Assembly: GCA_964597575.1 (NCBI GenBank)
Contig: CAZQXB010000001.1
Location: 466,111-530,110, forward strand
Direction of reading: 5' to 3'
Origin: an uncultured Gammaproteobacteria bacterium
GTDB taxonomy: Bacteria > Patescibacteriota > Patescibacteriia > Magasanikbacterales > UBA922
Length of the DNA: 64,000 bases
Position numbers and translations under genes: made by a program. This document shows positions 38,874-48,617 of the stretch, in pieces. The first letter of the stretch is position 1, and each line of letters begins with the position of its first letter. Under the pieces are notes generated by a model that saw nothing but the letters and a program-made list of their open reading frames with translations, ran no database searches and had not been told where the DNA came from.

Positions 38874-39293
38874 ATGATGAAAACACCAGAGCATAATGGA
38901 GTTCATGGGAGCGAGCCTTTGGTTCACCCGCTTTCAGATCATCAGAGTTTAACGTATTCACAAAGAGCTGCCGACTGGGTTACCCAAAATCTTGGGAGTT
39001 GGCGTTTTATCTTAGGTTTTTTGGTGTATCTGGTTCTTTGGATTGTGCTTAATGTTCTCGCCTGGTTTGAGGGTTGGGATCCGTATCCATTTATTCTTCT
39101 TAATCTGACGCTGTCATGCATCGCTGCCCTTCAGGCCCCGATTATCCTTATGAGCCAAAATCGGCAGGCAGAGCGCGATCGGTTAACCGCAAAATACGAT
39201 TACGCCGTCGACCGTAAAGCAGAGCGAGAGATCCGTATCCTGGTTGAGGAAGTGCGCGAACTTCGACGTCTTCTCGAAAAAAAGGAAAAGTAG
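38874..39293 (+). CDS. DUF1003 domain membrane protein
   Basis: FGSWRFILGF...DPYPFILLNLTLSCIAALQAPIILMSQNRQ matches the DUF1003 consensus. Confidence 0.7.
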   Translation: MMKTPEHNGVHGSEPLVHPLSDHQSLTYSQRAADWVTQNLGSWRFILGFLVYLVLWIVLNVLAWFEGWDPYPFILLNLTLSCIAALQAPIILMSQNRQAERDRLTAKYDYAVDRKAEREIRILVEEVRELRRLLEKKEK

Positions 39294-39385
39294 TACTCTT
39301 GCTAGGTACCCCTACCACTTTCACAAAATAGCTTTTTGTGAAATACAAGGACTCTCAATTAGAGGGATTTTGATTATTCATTTTT

Positions 39386-40108
39386 ATGCAGGCACTGAAG
39401 ATTGATCATCTAGTAAAAAAATACGGCCAAAAAACAGCCGTGAACGATATTTCTTTTTCCGTGAACGAAGGAGAATTTTTTGGATTCCTTGGTCCGAATG
39501 GTGCAGGGAAGACCACGACGATTCATATGACCACGGGGGTGGCGAAGATTACGAGTGGGACGATTGAGGTCTTCGGACACGATGTAGAAAAAGAGTATCG
39601 TGAAGCAAGAAAACTTATTGGACTGTCGCCGCAGGATTTTAATGTAGATATTTTTGCTCCGGTAGAAAAGATTCTATGGTTTGTTGGTGGGTACTATGGC
39701 ATGACGAGAGGTGAGCGACAAAAACGCATTCCCGAACTTTTGAAACGGTTTGATCTTTTTGAACACAAAGATAAGCCATTTATGGCGCTTTCTGGTGGGC
39801 AAAAACGTCGTGTGGTTTTGGCCCGTGCCATGATTCATGATCCAAAACTGCTGATTCTTGATGAGCCAACCGCTGGGATTGATGTGGAGCTTCGTCATGA
39901 TTTGTGGAAATATCTTCGAGAAATTAACGAACAGGGGAAAACTATTATTTTGACCTCTCACTATTTAGAAGAAGTGGAACTTTTGTGTAACCGTATTGCG
40001 ATTGTGGCAAATGGTGGAATTGTGGCAATCGGGGATAAGAAAGATTTTACTGAGGGTGGAAAAAAACTTGAAGAAACGTATCTTTCACTCACCAAAAAAA
40101 CTGTCTAA
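39386..40108 (+). CDS. ABC transporter ATP-binding protein
   Basis: GPNGAGKTT Walker A, LSGGQKRR signature, LILDEPTAGID Walker B. Confidence 0.9.
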   Translation: MQALKIDHLVKKYGQKTAVNDISFSVNEGEFFGFLGPNGAGKTTTIHMTTGVAKITSGTIEVFGHDVEKEYREARKLIGLSPQDFNVDIFAPVEKILWFVGGYYGMTRGERQKRIPELLKRFDLFEHKDKPFMALSGGQKRRVVLARAMIHDPKLLILDEPTAGIDVELRHDLWKYLREINEQGKTIILTSHYLEEVELLCNRIAIVANGGIVAIGDKKDFTEGGKKLEETYLSLTKKTV

Positions 40109-40109
40109 T

Positions 40110-40871
40110 ATGAATGCTATCGGCTTATACACGTTCATTGCCCGTGAGACCCAGCGGTTATCACGTATCTATATCCAAACACTCGTGGCGCCACTCATCA
40201 ATGCCGTCCTCTACATTGTGATTTTCGGGTATGTGGTCGGATCACGCATTGGTTCGTTTGGCGAGGTGCGTTACATTGAGTTTGTCTTACCAGGCGTGCT
40301 CATGCTCAACCTGATCGGGTCATCATTTGCACACTCTTCAACATCGCTCTATATGGGGCGGTGGGCCAAGGCAATTGAGGAGGTTCTTGTTGCACCCTTA
40401 TCGTATCTTGAAATGATTATTGGTTTTGTTGTGGGTGGGCTTATCCGTGGAATTATTGTGGCTGGAAGTATTTATCTCGTAGCCATTCTTTTTGGTGCAG
40501 CAACCATGGCTCATATTGGATGGTTTTTGTTCTACACGGTTGCTGTTGCTATTATTTTTTCTCTTCTCGGTCTCCTTGTCGGTCTTTGGGCAAATAACTT
40601 CGAGCAGTTGTCGGTGTTGAATACCTTCTTTATTACGCCGCTGACATTTCTCGGGGGAGTGTTCAATTCGATTACGATGATGCCAGAAAAAGTGCAGTGG
40701 TTGGTTCGTTTAAATCCGTTTTTCTACTTTGTGGATGGCCTGAGGTATTCCATGATTGGAATTAGCGAGGCGAATATGACCGTTGGCTTACTCATAATTT
40801 TTGGGCTTATTTTAGCGCTCGGAGGCCTGGTGTGGAAGCTCTTTGCGATAGGCTGGAGAATTCGGGTGTAG
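40110..40871 (+). CDS. ABC-2 type transporter permease
   Basis: Six TM helices; start MNAIGLYTF 2 nt after the ATPase gene stop. The longer track ORF (39996) overlaps the ATPase gene. Confidence 0.8.
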   Translation: MNAIGLYTFIARETQRLSRIYIQTLVAPLINAVLYIVIFGYVVGSRIGSFGEVRYIEFVLPGVLMLNLIGSSFAHSSTSLYMGRWAKAIEEVLVAPLSYLEMIIGFVVGGLIRGIIVAGSIYLVAILFGAATMAHIGWFLFYTVAVAIIFSLLGLLVGLWANNFEQLSVLNTFFITPLTFLGGVFNSITMMPEKVQWLVRLNPFFYFVDGLRYSMIGISEANMTVGLLIIFGLILALGGLVWKLFAIGWRIRV

Positions 40872-40898
40872 GAAGAAAATGGGTGTATAAAGGGCACC

Positions 40899-40927
40899 TT
40901 GACAAAAGGTGCTTTTTGTGGTATACT
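40899..40927 (+). promoter_or_regulatory. consensus promoter TTGACA-N17-TATACT with a palindrome (gcaccTTGACAAaaggtgc) through the -35 (module P1)
   Basis: Shares the ACCTTGACAAA(A)GGTG core with 48412-48440 and 50629-50657. Confidence 0.6.
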
Positions 40928-41014
40928 GCTTTGTCATAGAATTCCTATTTTGCTATGCTAAATAGGCTGTGATCAAGTCCGAAAATTCACCCCCAACCAG
41001 AAGGAGACAGCACC

Positions 41015-41311
41015 ATGAGTGAGTCAAGAGAAGCCCGCATCGCCTACTTCCGCGCCCAGTTCGACGGCTTCCGTGAGGATGCCGCCCAGGGAACCGTAAC
41101 CAAGGGGCGGCAGGAGCAGTTCCACCAGCTCGTGATCTTCCTCTCCGAGGAGTGCATCCCGGATGAGATGTACTCCTCCGGGGATGACGGTGTCATCATC
41201 CGCGCTCTGACCAAGGACTTCGGTCGGGGTTTCTGCGCCGACCTGCTCAAGTGGAGCGTGTACTACGGGATACCGGCCAGGACCAAGGCGAAGATCGAGG
41301 TCGCGGCCTAG
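41015..41311 (+). CDS. GC-rich hypothetical protein (98 aa)
   Basis: Good RBS (aaggagac) and about 62% GC; no recognisable family. Confidence 0.45.
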   Translation: MSESREARIAYFRAQFDGFREDAAQGTVTKGRQEQFHQLVIFLSEECIPDEMYSSGDDGVIIRALTKDFGRGFCADLLKWSVYYGIPARTKAKIEVAA

Positions 41312-41494
41312 AACCACCCATCCACGCCAAAAAAGCTCCCACATTCGTGGTCGAGCACCCCGGAGACGCCTACCCCTATGTACGCGTCTCCCACATTCAA
41401 AAGGTCATCTCATTCGAGGTGATTTTTTGTTTTTCTTTTGGCAAGAAAAGAAAAGGGGAGTACAGTACATATATCTGCTTTAAGCTGTATTTCT

Positions 41495-42886
41495 ATGAAT
41501 AAAGTGCTTCTTTCTCTTAGTATTATCGCCGGAGTAATGCTTATAGGTGTAGCCATTTTTATTATTCCCCGGTATGCGGGTATAAAACCAGTGATTAGCG
41601 ATCCGCCAGAGTCGATCATTGAACTTATTGAGAAATATAATGAAAATAATCCGCCCGCTTCAACAACAACGCCCACCCCTTTGCCCCCCAGTGTCTCTGG
41701 AATTCCACCCACGAACACCATCTCAGCCCCGGTAAAAAATACCACGGGTTTTCCACTCGTTTTACCCGAGGGATTCTCTATTGAAGTGTTTGCTAAAAAC
41801 GCCCCAGGTGCCCGGGTGATGGCTTTTGATAGTAAGGGTGATTTGTGGGTGTCACGCATGTCAAAAGGAATTGTTACCATGTATGATGTTGAGAATGGAA
41901 AAGTTGTGGGGCAAAAAGATGTTTTCAAGAATTTAAAAAATCCGCACGGGTTAGCCTTTCGACATGACGACAATGGGGACGCGGATATTTTATATATCGC
42001 TGAAGAAGATAAGATTTCGACCGCTATTGTGCGAAGAAACGATATTAGTGCAGTTCAGGGTACCAATGTGGCTAAAATGACTGACATTGAAAAAGTTGAT
42101 CTTTCGCTCGCGGTTTCTTCTCTCATTCAGCCAAATAAAATAAAGGATCTTACTCCAAGTAACACGGCGGCACGCCATAAATCACGCACCATCAGTTTTG
42201 GTCCTGACGGCCGTTTGTATGTTTCGATTGGTTCTTCTTGTGATGTGTGTACCGAAAGCACCGACCTTCCAGCCAAAATATTTTCCATGAAATTTGACGG
42301 AAGCGATTGGCGGGAAGAAGCGAGAGGGCTCCGAAATTCCGTTTTCTTTACCTGGAGTTTTGTTGATGGCCGCATGTGGGCCACTGACATGGGTCGTGAT
42401 CGGTTAGGTGATAATCTGCCTCCAGACGAAATTAATATTATTGAAAGAGGGAAAAATTACGGTTGGCCCATTTGTTACGGGAAGAATGTTCACGATACGT
42501 CGTTTGATAAAAACACCTACATTCGAAATCCGTGCATGGAACCATTTGAAACGGAAAGTCATGTGGATCTGCCGGCTCATGTGGCGCCTCTTGGGCTCAC
42601 CTTTATTCCCGAAGAAGGTTGGCCAAAAAAATATTGGTATAATCTTCTTGTCTCATACCATGGTTCATGGAACAGTACGAAACCCGTAGGGTACAAAGTG
42701 GCGCGTATCATTCTTGATGCGAAGGGTAATGTGAAGGGTACGGAAGATTTCTTAACTGGATTTTTAACGAAAGACAATAAAGCCTTAGGTCGGCCGGTCG
42801 ATATCATGGCACAACCGGGTGGGGTAGTGTACATTTCCGATGATCATGCCGGGGTCATTTACCGAGTTTGGTACAATGGGAAGTAG
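41495..42886 (+). CDS. PQQ-dependent sugar dehydrogenase-like (sorbosone/glucose dehydrogenase family) beta-propeller protein with N-terminal TM
   Basis: C-terminal GRPVDIMAQPGGVVYISDDHAGVIYRV and YHGSWN motifs typical of the GSDH/SGL propeller family; start MNKVLLSL at 41495. Confidence 0.6.
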   Translation: MNKVLLSLSIIAGVMLIGVAIFIIPRYAGIKPVISDPPESIIELIEKYNENNPPASTTTPTPLPPSVSGIPPTNTISAPVKNTTGFPLVLPEGFSIEVFAKNAPGARVMAFDSKGDLWVSRMSKGIVTMYDVENGKVVGQKDVFKNLKNPHGLAFRHDDNGDADILYIAEEDKISTAIVRRNDISAVQGTNVAKMTDIEKVDLSLAVSSLIQPNKIKDLTPSNTAARHKSRTISFGPDGRLYVSIGSSCDVCTESTDLPAKIFSMKFDGSDWREEARGLRNSVFFTWSFVDGRMWATDMGRDRLGDNLPPDEINIIERGKNYGWPICYGKNVHDTSFDKNTYIRNPCMEPFETESHVDLPAHVAPLGLTFIPEEGWPKKYWYNLLVSYHGSWNSTKPVGYKVARIILDAKGNVKGTEDFLTGFLTKDNKALGRPVDIMAQPGGVVYISDDHAGVIYRVWYNGK

Positions 42887-42937
42887 GTTGAGTTTTTCTC
42901 GGCGAAACGGTAGAGTGGCAGGGGAGGGAGATTCGTT

Positions 42938-44746
42938 ATGTCAGATACCCAACTCATCAAAGATAAAATTGACGTGGTGAGCCTGGTTGGCGAGTATGTG
43001 CAACTGAAGCCAGCTGGGATAAACCACAAGGGGCTTTGTCCGTTCCATCGGGAAAAGTCTCCTTCGTTTATGGTGAATCGCGAGCGTCAAAGCTGGCATT
43101 GTTTTGGTTGCGCCAAAGGTGGAGATATCTTCTCTTTTATTGAAGAAATTGAGGGCATGGATTTTGTCGAGGCTCTCAAATTTTTGGCAGGAAAGGCCGG
43201 GGTTGAACTGACCGATCGACGCGGATCGTCTTCGAAAGAAACTGGGCAAAAACAACGATTAAAAGAAATCGTGGCAGAAGCGGCTCGCTTTTATCACAAA
43301 GTACTTCTTGAACTTCCGCAGGCCGAACTTGCTCGAGAATATCTACAGAAACGGGGATTAACGAATGAAACGATTGAAGCATGGCAGATTGGTTTTATTC
43401 CAGATCAGTGGGATTTGCTCACAAAATATTTACTGAAAAAAGGACATGGGGTGGATGACCTTATCGCGGCTGGTGTTACGATTCAGCGGGAAGGTTCAGA
43501 CATGGTAAGCGGCCGAGGGTTTTATGACCGGTTTCGAGGGCGGATTATGTTTCCGCTTTCGGATATTCACGGGGCAGTGGTCGGGTTTACCGGGCGCGTT
43601 CTTGTTGAAACAGAACACTCTGGTGGAAAATATGTGAACACTCCTCAAACACCGCTCTACGATAAATCGCGTGTGGTTTTTGGGTTGCATAAAGCAAAGC
43701 AGGTCATGCGGGAAGAAAATTTAGCCGTGCTCGTGGAGGGGCAGATGGATGTGATTGCGTGTCACCAAGCCGGTATGGCGAATGTGGTTGCTACAAGTGG
43801 GACGGCGATGACCGAACACCAGGTATCGCTTTTGGCTCGCTACACCAAAAATTTAGCGCTAGCATTTGATGCCGATAAAGCGGGGCAAGCTGCAGCTGAT
43901 CGCGGAATTGATGTCGCTCTGAAACAAGAGATGAATATTCGCATGATTCGGATTCCAGAGGGTGCGGGGAAAGACCCGGATGAATGTGTGAAGAAAAATA
44001 AAGAGGTATGGTTTCAGGCGGTGAAAGATGCTGAAGATGTTATGCGTTGGTATATGCGCCAAGCGCTCGTTGATAAAAATGTTGCCCAACCAAAAGACAA
44101 ACAGGCGGCGGCCACCTTCATGCTTTTGAAAATTGATTTACTGCAGTCGGCCGTGGAGCGCGATCACTGGTTTCGTGAGCTTTCTTTGGCAGTCGGAGTA
44201 GAGGTTGATGTCTTAAAAGAAGAATTAAAACGCCTTAAAAATGCCAAAAAAGATCCTCCGAAAGCGCTCGTTTTGTCCAAAGATGTGAAAGAGGTGGATC
44301 GAGTGGTCACAGGGCTTCCGCCCACCCGTTTGGAGCGGCAGTTTGAGCAGTTTTTTGAACTCCTGCTCCGGTTTCCGAGTTTGGCTCCCGGGGCGATTAC
44401 TGCGGCGCCGGAAGCAGGGTTGTCCACATCGGCCTACGGCCCCCTTTACGAATGGCTGAAAAGCGTCTATACTACGCCTGACTTTACACCCGGGAGACCC
44501 CTTCCGGTTCCTTCAGACGAGAACCTCTCGTCACATATTGCTCGCCTGGTCATGAAAAGCGAGCTCGACTTTGGAGAAATGACCCTTGCTGACGCAGGGC
44601 TTACGCTCAAAAGTTTGACCGAATATATTACGGCGGAAATTCGCAAAGAACGCCGGCACGAGCTCCTTTTGGCAATTCAAGAGGCAAACAAACGCGGAGA
44701 TGCAGCTGCCGAAATGGCGCTCCTTCAGACGTTTCAGAGCCTCTAA
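42938..44746 (+). CDS. dnaG: DNA primase
   Basis: CHC2 zinc finger (CPFHREKSPSF...HCFGC), Toprim (EGQMDV, DAD) and a C-terminal helper domain; 602 aa. Confidence 0.95.
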   Translation: MSDTQLIKDKIDVVSLVGEYVQLKPAGINHKGLCPFHREKSPSFMVNRERQSWHCFGCAKGGDIFSFIEEIEGMDFVEALKFLAGKAGVELTDRRGSSSKETGQKQRLKEIVAEAARFYHKVLLELPQAELAREYLQKRGLTNETIEAWQIGFIPDQWDLLTKYLLKKGHGVDDLIAAGVTIQREGSDMVSGRGFYDRFRGRIMFPLSDIHGAVVGFTGRVLVETEHSGGKYVNTPQTPLYDKSRVVFGLHKAKQVMREENLAVLVEGQMDVIACHQAGMANVVATSGTAMTEHQVSLLARYTKNLALAFDADKAGQAAADRGIDVALKQEMNIRMIRIPEGAGKDPDECVKKNKEVWFQAVKDAEDVMRWYMRQALVDKNVAQPKDKQAAATFMLLKIDLLQSAVERDHWFRELSLAVGVEVDVLKEELKRLKNAKKDPPKALVLSKDVKEVDRVVTGLPPTRLERQFEQFFELLLRFPSLAPGAITAAPEAGLSTSAYGPLYEWLKSVYTTPDFTPGRPLPVPSDENLSSHIARLVMKSELDFGEMTLADAGLTLKSLTEYITAEIRKERRHELLLAIQEANKRGDAAAEMALLQTFQSL

Positions 44747-44796
44747 TATTTCGAAAAGCAGATGGTCATTTGTTTCGTTTTTTTTAATATCGTCGC

Positions 44797-46092
44797 ATGC
44801 CTAAGAAAAAAAAGAGCGCCCAGGGTTTCGCGGCCCGGGTGAAGCGAGCAGTAAAGAAAATTGGAGCCGTAAAAAAAGTCGTAGCGAAACCTCAGAAAAA
44901 AGTGTTGCCGAAACCTCGGCCAGCACAGAAGCAAAAGTTTTCTAAAAAACCATTTGTTAAAGGGCCTCCAGCTCCTCCAGAGCCTGAGCCAGATTTTACC
45001 TCTCCGACCGACGATAACTTACTTAAGCTCGTTGATAAGGGGAGAGGCCGTGGATTTATTACCGAAACAGAAGTGGTTCGTGTATTTCCGTATTTAGAAC
45101 GATACCTTCCGCTGTACGAAGTCTTTTTGGATGCACTCGAAAAAAACGGTGTTTCTGTTGTAGAAACTGGGGGAGGACTTTTAGGAAACACGGTTCAGAA
45201 AAAAGAAATGCTTTCGAGTTTGCGCGGGAAACAGCCGGATGTGGAAGGTGAGTTTGATTTGGGAAGTATTTCTCAAGATTCTATTCAGATGTATCTGCGC
45301 GAAATTGGGAAGATTCCGCTTCTGAATGCTGAAGAAGAAGTGTCGCTCGCGAAACGTAAAGAACGAGGGGATCGTGAGGCTGAACGAAAAATGATTGAAG
45401 CCAACTTGCGACTGGTCGTTTCGATTGCGAAAAAGTTTGTCGGAAAACAGCTTTCTCTTTTGGATTTAATCCAAGAAGGAAATATTGGCTTGTTCCGTGC
45501 CGTGAAGAAGTTCGACTATCGCAAAGGGTACAAGTTTTCAACGTACGCTACGTGGTGGATTCGCCAAGCCATTACGCGTGCTTTGGCCGACCAGTCCCGT
45601 ACTATTCGTATTCCGGTTCACATGGTCGAAACCATCAACCGTTTTCAACAAGTACAGCGTCGTTTGCTCCAAGATTTAGGTCGTGATCCAACCCCTGAAG
45701 AGTTGGCTGCCGAAATGGGTGAGGAAATCGAAAAGATTAATCACATCATTAAAATTTCTCAAGAAACCATTTCTCTTGAAACAAGTGTGGGGGATGACGA
45801 TGATGATACGCAGTTGGCCGACTTTATCGAAGACGTGAAAAATGTGAGCCCGGCACAAGTGGCCGGAGTGCAGTTGCTCCGTGAATACATTCATGAAGCA
45901 ATTAAAGATCTGTCTCCGCGTGAACAAAAAATTCTTGAAATGCGTTTTGGTCTCTCAGACGGTGTCACGCACACGCTTGAAGAAGTAGGAAAAGAATTTG
46001 ATGTAACCCGTGAACGTATTCGCCAAATTGAAGCGAAGGCGCTCGAAAAGATTCAGAACATGGGAATTATTGATAAGTTGCGAGACTACTAA
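44797..46092 (+). CDS. rpoD: RNA polymerase sigma factor RpoD (sigma70, Lys-rich N-terminus)
   Basis: Regions 1.2-4 present: [44 protein letters not shown]. Confidence 0.9.
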   Translation: MPKKKKSAQGFAARVKRAVKKIGAVKKVVAKPQKKVLPKPRPAQKQKFSKKPFVKGPPAPPEPEPDFTSPTDDNLLKLVDKGRGRGFITETEVVRVFPYLERYLPLYEVFLDALEKNGVSVVETGGGLLGNTVQKKEMLSSLRGKQPDVEGEFDLGSISQDSIQMYLREIGKIPLLNAEEEVSLAKRKERGDREAERKMIEANLRLVVSIAKKFVGKQLSLLDLIQEGNIGLFRAVKKFDYRKGYKFSTYATWWIRQAITRALADQSRTIRIPVHMVETINRFQQVQRRLLQDLGRDPTPEELAAEMGEEIEKINHIIKISQETISLETSVGDDDDDTQLADFIEDVKNVSPAQVAGVQLLREYIHEAIKDLSPREQKILEMRFGLSDGVTHTLEEVGKEFDVTRERIRQIEAKALEKIQNMGIIDKLRDY

Positions 46093-46096
46093 AAAT

Positions 46097-46130
46097 AAAA
46101 ACACCGACGCTTGAAACGTCGGTGTTTTTA
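46097..46130 (+). terminator. rho-independent terminator after rpoD
   Basis: aaacaccgacg-cttgaaa-cgtcggtgttt followed by tttat. Confidence 0.7.
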
Positions 46131-46243
46131 TCTTCCCAAGACATTGTCCAAGTGTTGAACAAGATAATAGGGAAGGGAAGTGGTGGCTAGTACAGTCGAA
46201 TCTCTCCGCTTCCCATTTTGCCGAGAGCCTCCAGGTCTCGGGC

Positions 46244-46729
46244 TTACCGTTTGATCTTCGCCTTGAAGGCGAGGCCGATGTCCATGCAGCTGTGTCCGTG
46301 CAGAACGATCGGGTTCTTGTCCATCCTGCTCATGAGGAGCTGCACCGGCATCCGCTCGCTGTAGAGCTCGCCCTCCTCGTCGAGGAGGAACAGCGTGATC
46401 AGAGCCGCCGGATCGGCTGCGATGAGGACCCAGCGGTTGGTGGGCGTGACGTCGGTCATGAGGAAGTCCGCACCTCCTTCCAGCTGGAAGAAGAAGCACC
46501 CTTCCCCCTTTTCGATCCTGACCTGCGGGACTGCCGCGTCCCCGGGGATGGGAGAAGCCTGTGCTTCGAGGTAGAAGCAGTTCGGACACCCAGTCTTCTC
46601 CTTGAACTCCCGGTGCCAGCGGTTGGTGGCCTCGAGGTTGTCCGGCTCCGGCGGACGCGCCGGGAACGAGGAACACCCGACGATCATGATGGTGATGAGC
46701 AGCGAAAGGGCAGTCTTGGTAATGTTCAC
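46244..46729 (-). CDS. GC-rich lipoprotein (LP1), paralog of 47632..48114
   Basis: Lipobox IVGC; shares GEGC and GH[ST]C motifs with LP2. Probable GTG start. Minus-strand promoter TTGACA-N17-TATACT at 46830-46858. Confidence 0.6.
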   Translation of the reverse strand: MNITKTALSLLITIMIVGCSSFPARPPEPDNLEATNRWHREFKEKTGCPNCFYLEAQASPIPGDAAVPQVRIEKGEGCFFFQLEGGADFLMTDVTPTNRWVLIAADPAALITLFLLDEEGELYSERMPVQLLMSRMDKNPIVLHGHSCMDIGLAFKAKIKR

Positions 46730-46829
46730 GTTCGTATCCTTTTCCGGATAAATCCGGGATTTTTTGGTGATCGACTACAAAGTAGTCGAGTTCCTTTGTA
46801 GGAAGCCTGGTTTAGCTTCGGAACCACAC

Positions 46830-46858
46830 AGTATAGCATAAAACAGGCATTTTGTCAA
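46830..46858 (-). promoter_or_regulatory. sigma70-type promoter TTGACA-N17-TATACT for LP1
   Basis: Minus-strand gTTGACAAAAtgcctgttttatgcTATACT; two palindromes (ccggataaatccgg; tcgactacaaagtagtcga) lie in the 5' UTR at 46756-46790. Confidence 0.5.
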
Positions 46859-46975
46859 CCTGTAAAATGTATCCCTCTTCTTGACCAATTACGGTTTTTC
46901 CCGTATATCTTCCTATGACCGTTTGCACCTAGAAATGGCAGAGAGGCCTGTTCAGCACAGGAGAAGGGGGAGGGA

Positions 46976-47443
46976 ATGTCAGAAAAACGATGGTATCGAA
47001 ACGCTCGGTTGTCGAAAGAAAAGAAGGCGGCTTTGAAGGAGAAAATGACGACTGGCGAAATCATCGGGAAGCTCAAGGCAATGCATTTCTTCGGCGATAT
47101 CTGTATAGCCGAGGAAACCATTCTCGATACGATGGCAGTGTGCATCACGGATGACACCATAGAAAACCGCCCTCGTATTCGCCAGATCGTGTTCATCGAC
47201 ATGGATTACTTCCTCGTATTCCTTGCTCTCGATGCTGTCACGGCCGAGAGCATTCGCGAAGCGACCTTCGATCCTGAAGGGGGAACGCTGACCTTTCGCA
47301 ATTTCATGTTCCTGTTCCCGGGAGAAATTGAGAAAAGGCCAGTTGATGTGGTGTTTCGAAGCACCGATGGGCCGGAGCTCGACCACTACGCGTTCTACAC
47401 TGCCGACGAACACGGCCAACCACTCGGGGATCCTCCCTCGTGA
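46976..47443 (+). CDS. hypothetical protein (155 aa)
   Basis: RBS-like ggaggg 8 nt upstream; no recognisable family. Confidence 0.45.
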   Translation: MSEKRWYRNARLSKEKKAALKEKMTTGEIIGKLKAMHFFGDICIAEETILDTMAVCITDDTIENRPRIRQIVFIDMDYFLVFLALDAVTAESIREATFDPEGGTLTFRNFMFLFPGEIEKRPVDVVFRSTDGPELDHYAFYTADEHGQPLGDPPS

Positions 47444-47486
47444 TACTGCTGCTCGCGGCCCTCACCAGAACCCCACTGTTCTGGTC

Positions 47487-47526
47487 CAATCAAAAAATCA
47501 CCAGCGAATGGTGATTTTTTGTATGC
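47487..47526. repeat. about 40-bp repeat containing the perfect palindrome aaaaaatcacca-gcgaa-tggtgatttttt, copy a
   Basis: Identical 39-mer ccaatcaaaaaatcaccagcgaatggtgattttttgtat recurs at 48350-48390. Confidence 0.7.
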
Positions 47527-47631
47527 TATTCCTGGGAACAAGGTCTACAGAAGTAAACCGTGTAGTTAGGAAGGGAAGGAGGAAACGCTCGGTGCGGTTC
47601 GCTCAGCTTCCCGATGATGGGACTCTGTGGA

Positions 47632-48114
47632 TCAATCCTTGAAGAACTTTTGATAGATGGCTTCGTCGATTTGGTCACAGGTGTGGCCGTTGACGGAGAG
47701 CCTGTCATCGGTCTTCAGGATACTCTCCCAGAGGTATCTCTGGCCCGTGGTGGTCGGATTCCCGAAGTCATCGACTCCGATGATAACGGTGCCGAAGTCA
47801 CTCTCCGGCACCGGAAGGGAAACCCACGGTTTCTCCTCCGTGATCTCGACGACGTAGGTCGGGCTGGGGCCTGGGTTCTTGTGCGCGTTCTCGGGCGTCC
47901 TCCAAATCCAGAGGAACGCGCACCCCTCGCCCTCAAACTTGACACTGTTTCCGTGCGCGGGCTTCTCGGCGAACGTTTCGAGCTTCGTGTACCGGTGGTA
48001 CTCCCTGTCCTTTGCCGTCATGAACCCCCAGTCTTTGGTGAGTGGCGCCGTGGCACACCCGGTGCTGACGAGCAGGAGAACGATCAGGGTGGTGAGAATT
48101 CGTCCGTTGTTCAT
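47632..48114 (-). CDS. GC-rich lipoprotein (LP2), paralog of LP1
   Basis: Start MNNGRILTTLIVLLLVSTGC at 48114; FEGEGCAF and GHTCDQI motifs shared with LP1. Confidence 0.6.
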   Translation of the reverse strand: MNNGRILTTLIVLLLVSTGCATAPLTKDWGFMTAKDREYHRYTKLETFAEKPAHGNSVKFEGEGCAFLWIWRTPENAHKNPGPSPTYVVEITEEKPWVSLPVPESDFGTVIIGVDDFGNPTTTGQRYLWESILKTDDRLSVNGHTCDQIDEAIYQKFFKD

Positions 48115-48349
48115 GTTGACTCCGATCTTTTGGTTGTGTTGTTTCTGGTTGAGATTGAGATTTTTTCTGCTCCCGGTGTTACCCGTACTTCCGAGTACGG
48201 GGAACAGTTGGGGCAAGGAAAGAATCTTCAAAAGAGAGTCAATTTTGAACAACATAGTATAACACAAAAAAGCCCCTCTGTCAAGAGGTGTCTACAAGTA
48301 AATTAAGGCTTTATTTGCTATAAAAATCACTATTTTTTACTCGTATTTC

Positions 48350-48390
48350 CCAATCAAAAAATCACCAGCGAATGGTGATTTTTTGTATTC
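48350..48390. repeat. copy b of the 40-bp palindrome-containing repeat
   Basis: Lies immediately upstream of promoter module P2, between the divergent LP2 and helicase genes. Confidence 0.7.
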
Positions 48391-48411
48391 TATTTCCTCA
48401 ATTATTCTACC

Positions 48412-48440
48412 TTGACAAAAAGGTGAAATTATGGTATACT
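48412..48440 (+). promoter_or_regulatory. consensus promoter TTGACA-N17-TATACT (module P2), followed by the palindrome ctcgaatttttcgaaattcgag at 48445-48466
   Basis: accTTGACAAAAAggtg...tggTATACT; roughly 175-nt leader before the helicase ATG. Confidence 0.6.
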
Positions 48441-48617
48441 CACTCACTCGAATTTTTCGAAATTCGAGGAGAAAATGCGAAGGCAGCTACGCCTTATGAG
48501 TCTACCCTTCCAACCTTGTAAAAAAGGTATGGCGGTTAGAAAGTCGGTTCAACCGGCGCAAGCGAAAGAGCTGTTGCGCAAGCAATACACCTTACAGGTT
48601 TCGCTTGGGAGAAAAAA

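Noticed and set aside
46128-46801. Alternative ORFs 46128..46676(-) and 46292..46801(+) overlapping LP1
   Set aside because: They are Arg/Pro/Gly-rich frames of a 62% GC gene. LP1's frame has a lipobox and a paralog (LP2).
47614-48306. 230-aa plus-strand ORF antisense to LP2
   Set aside because: Shadow ORF of a GC-rich gene; no start context.
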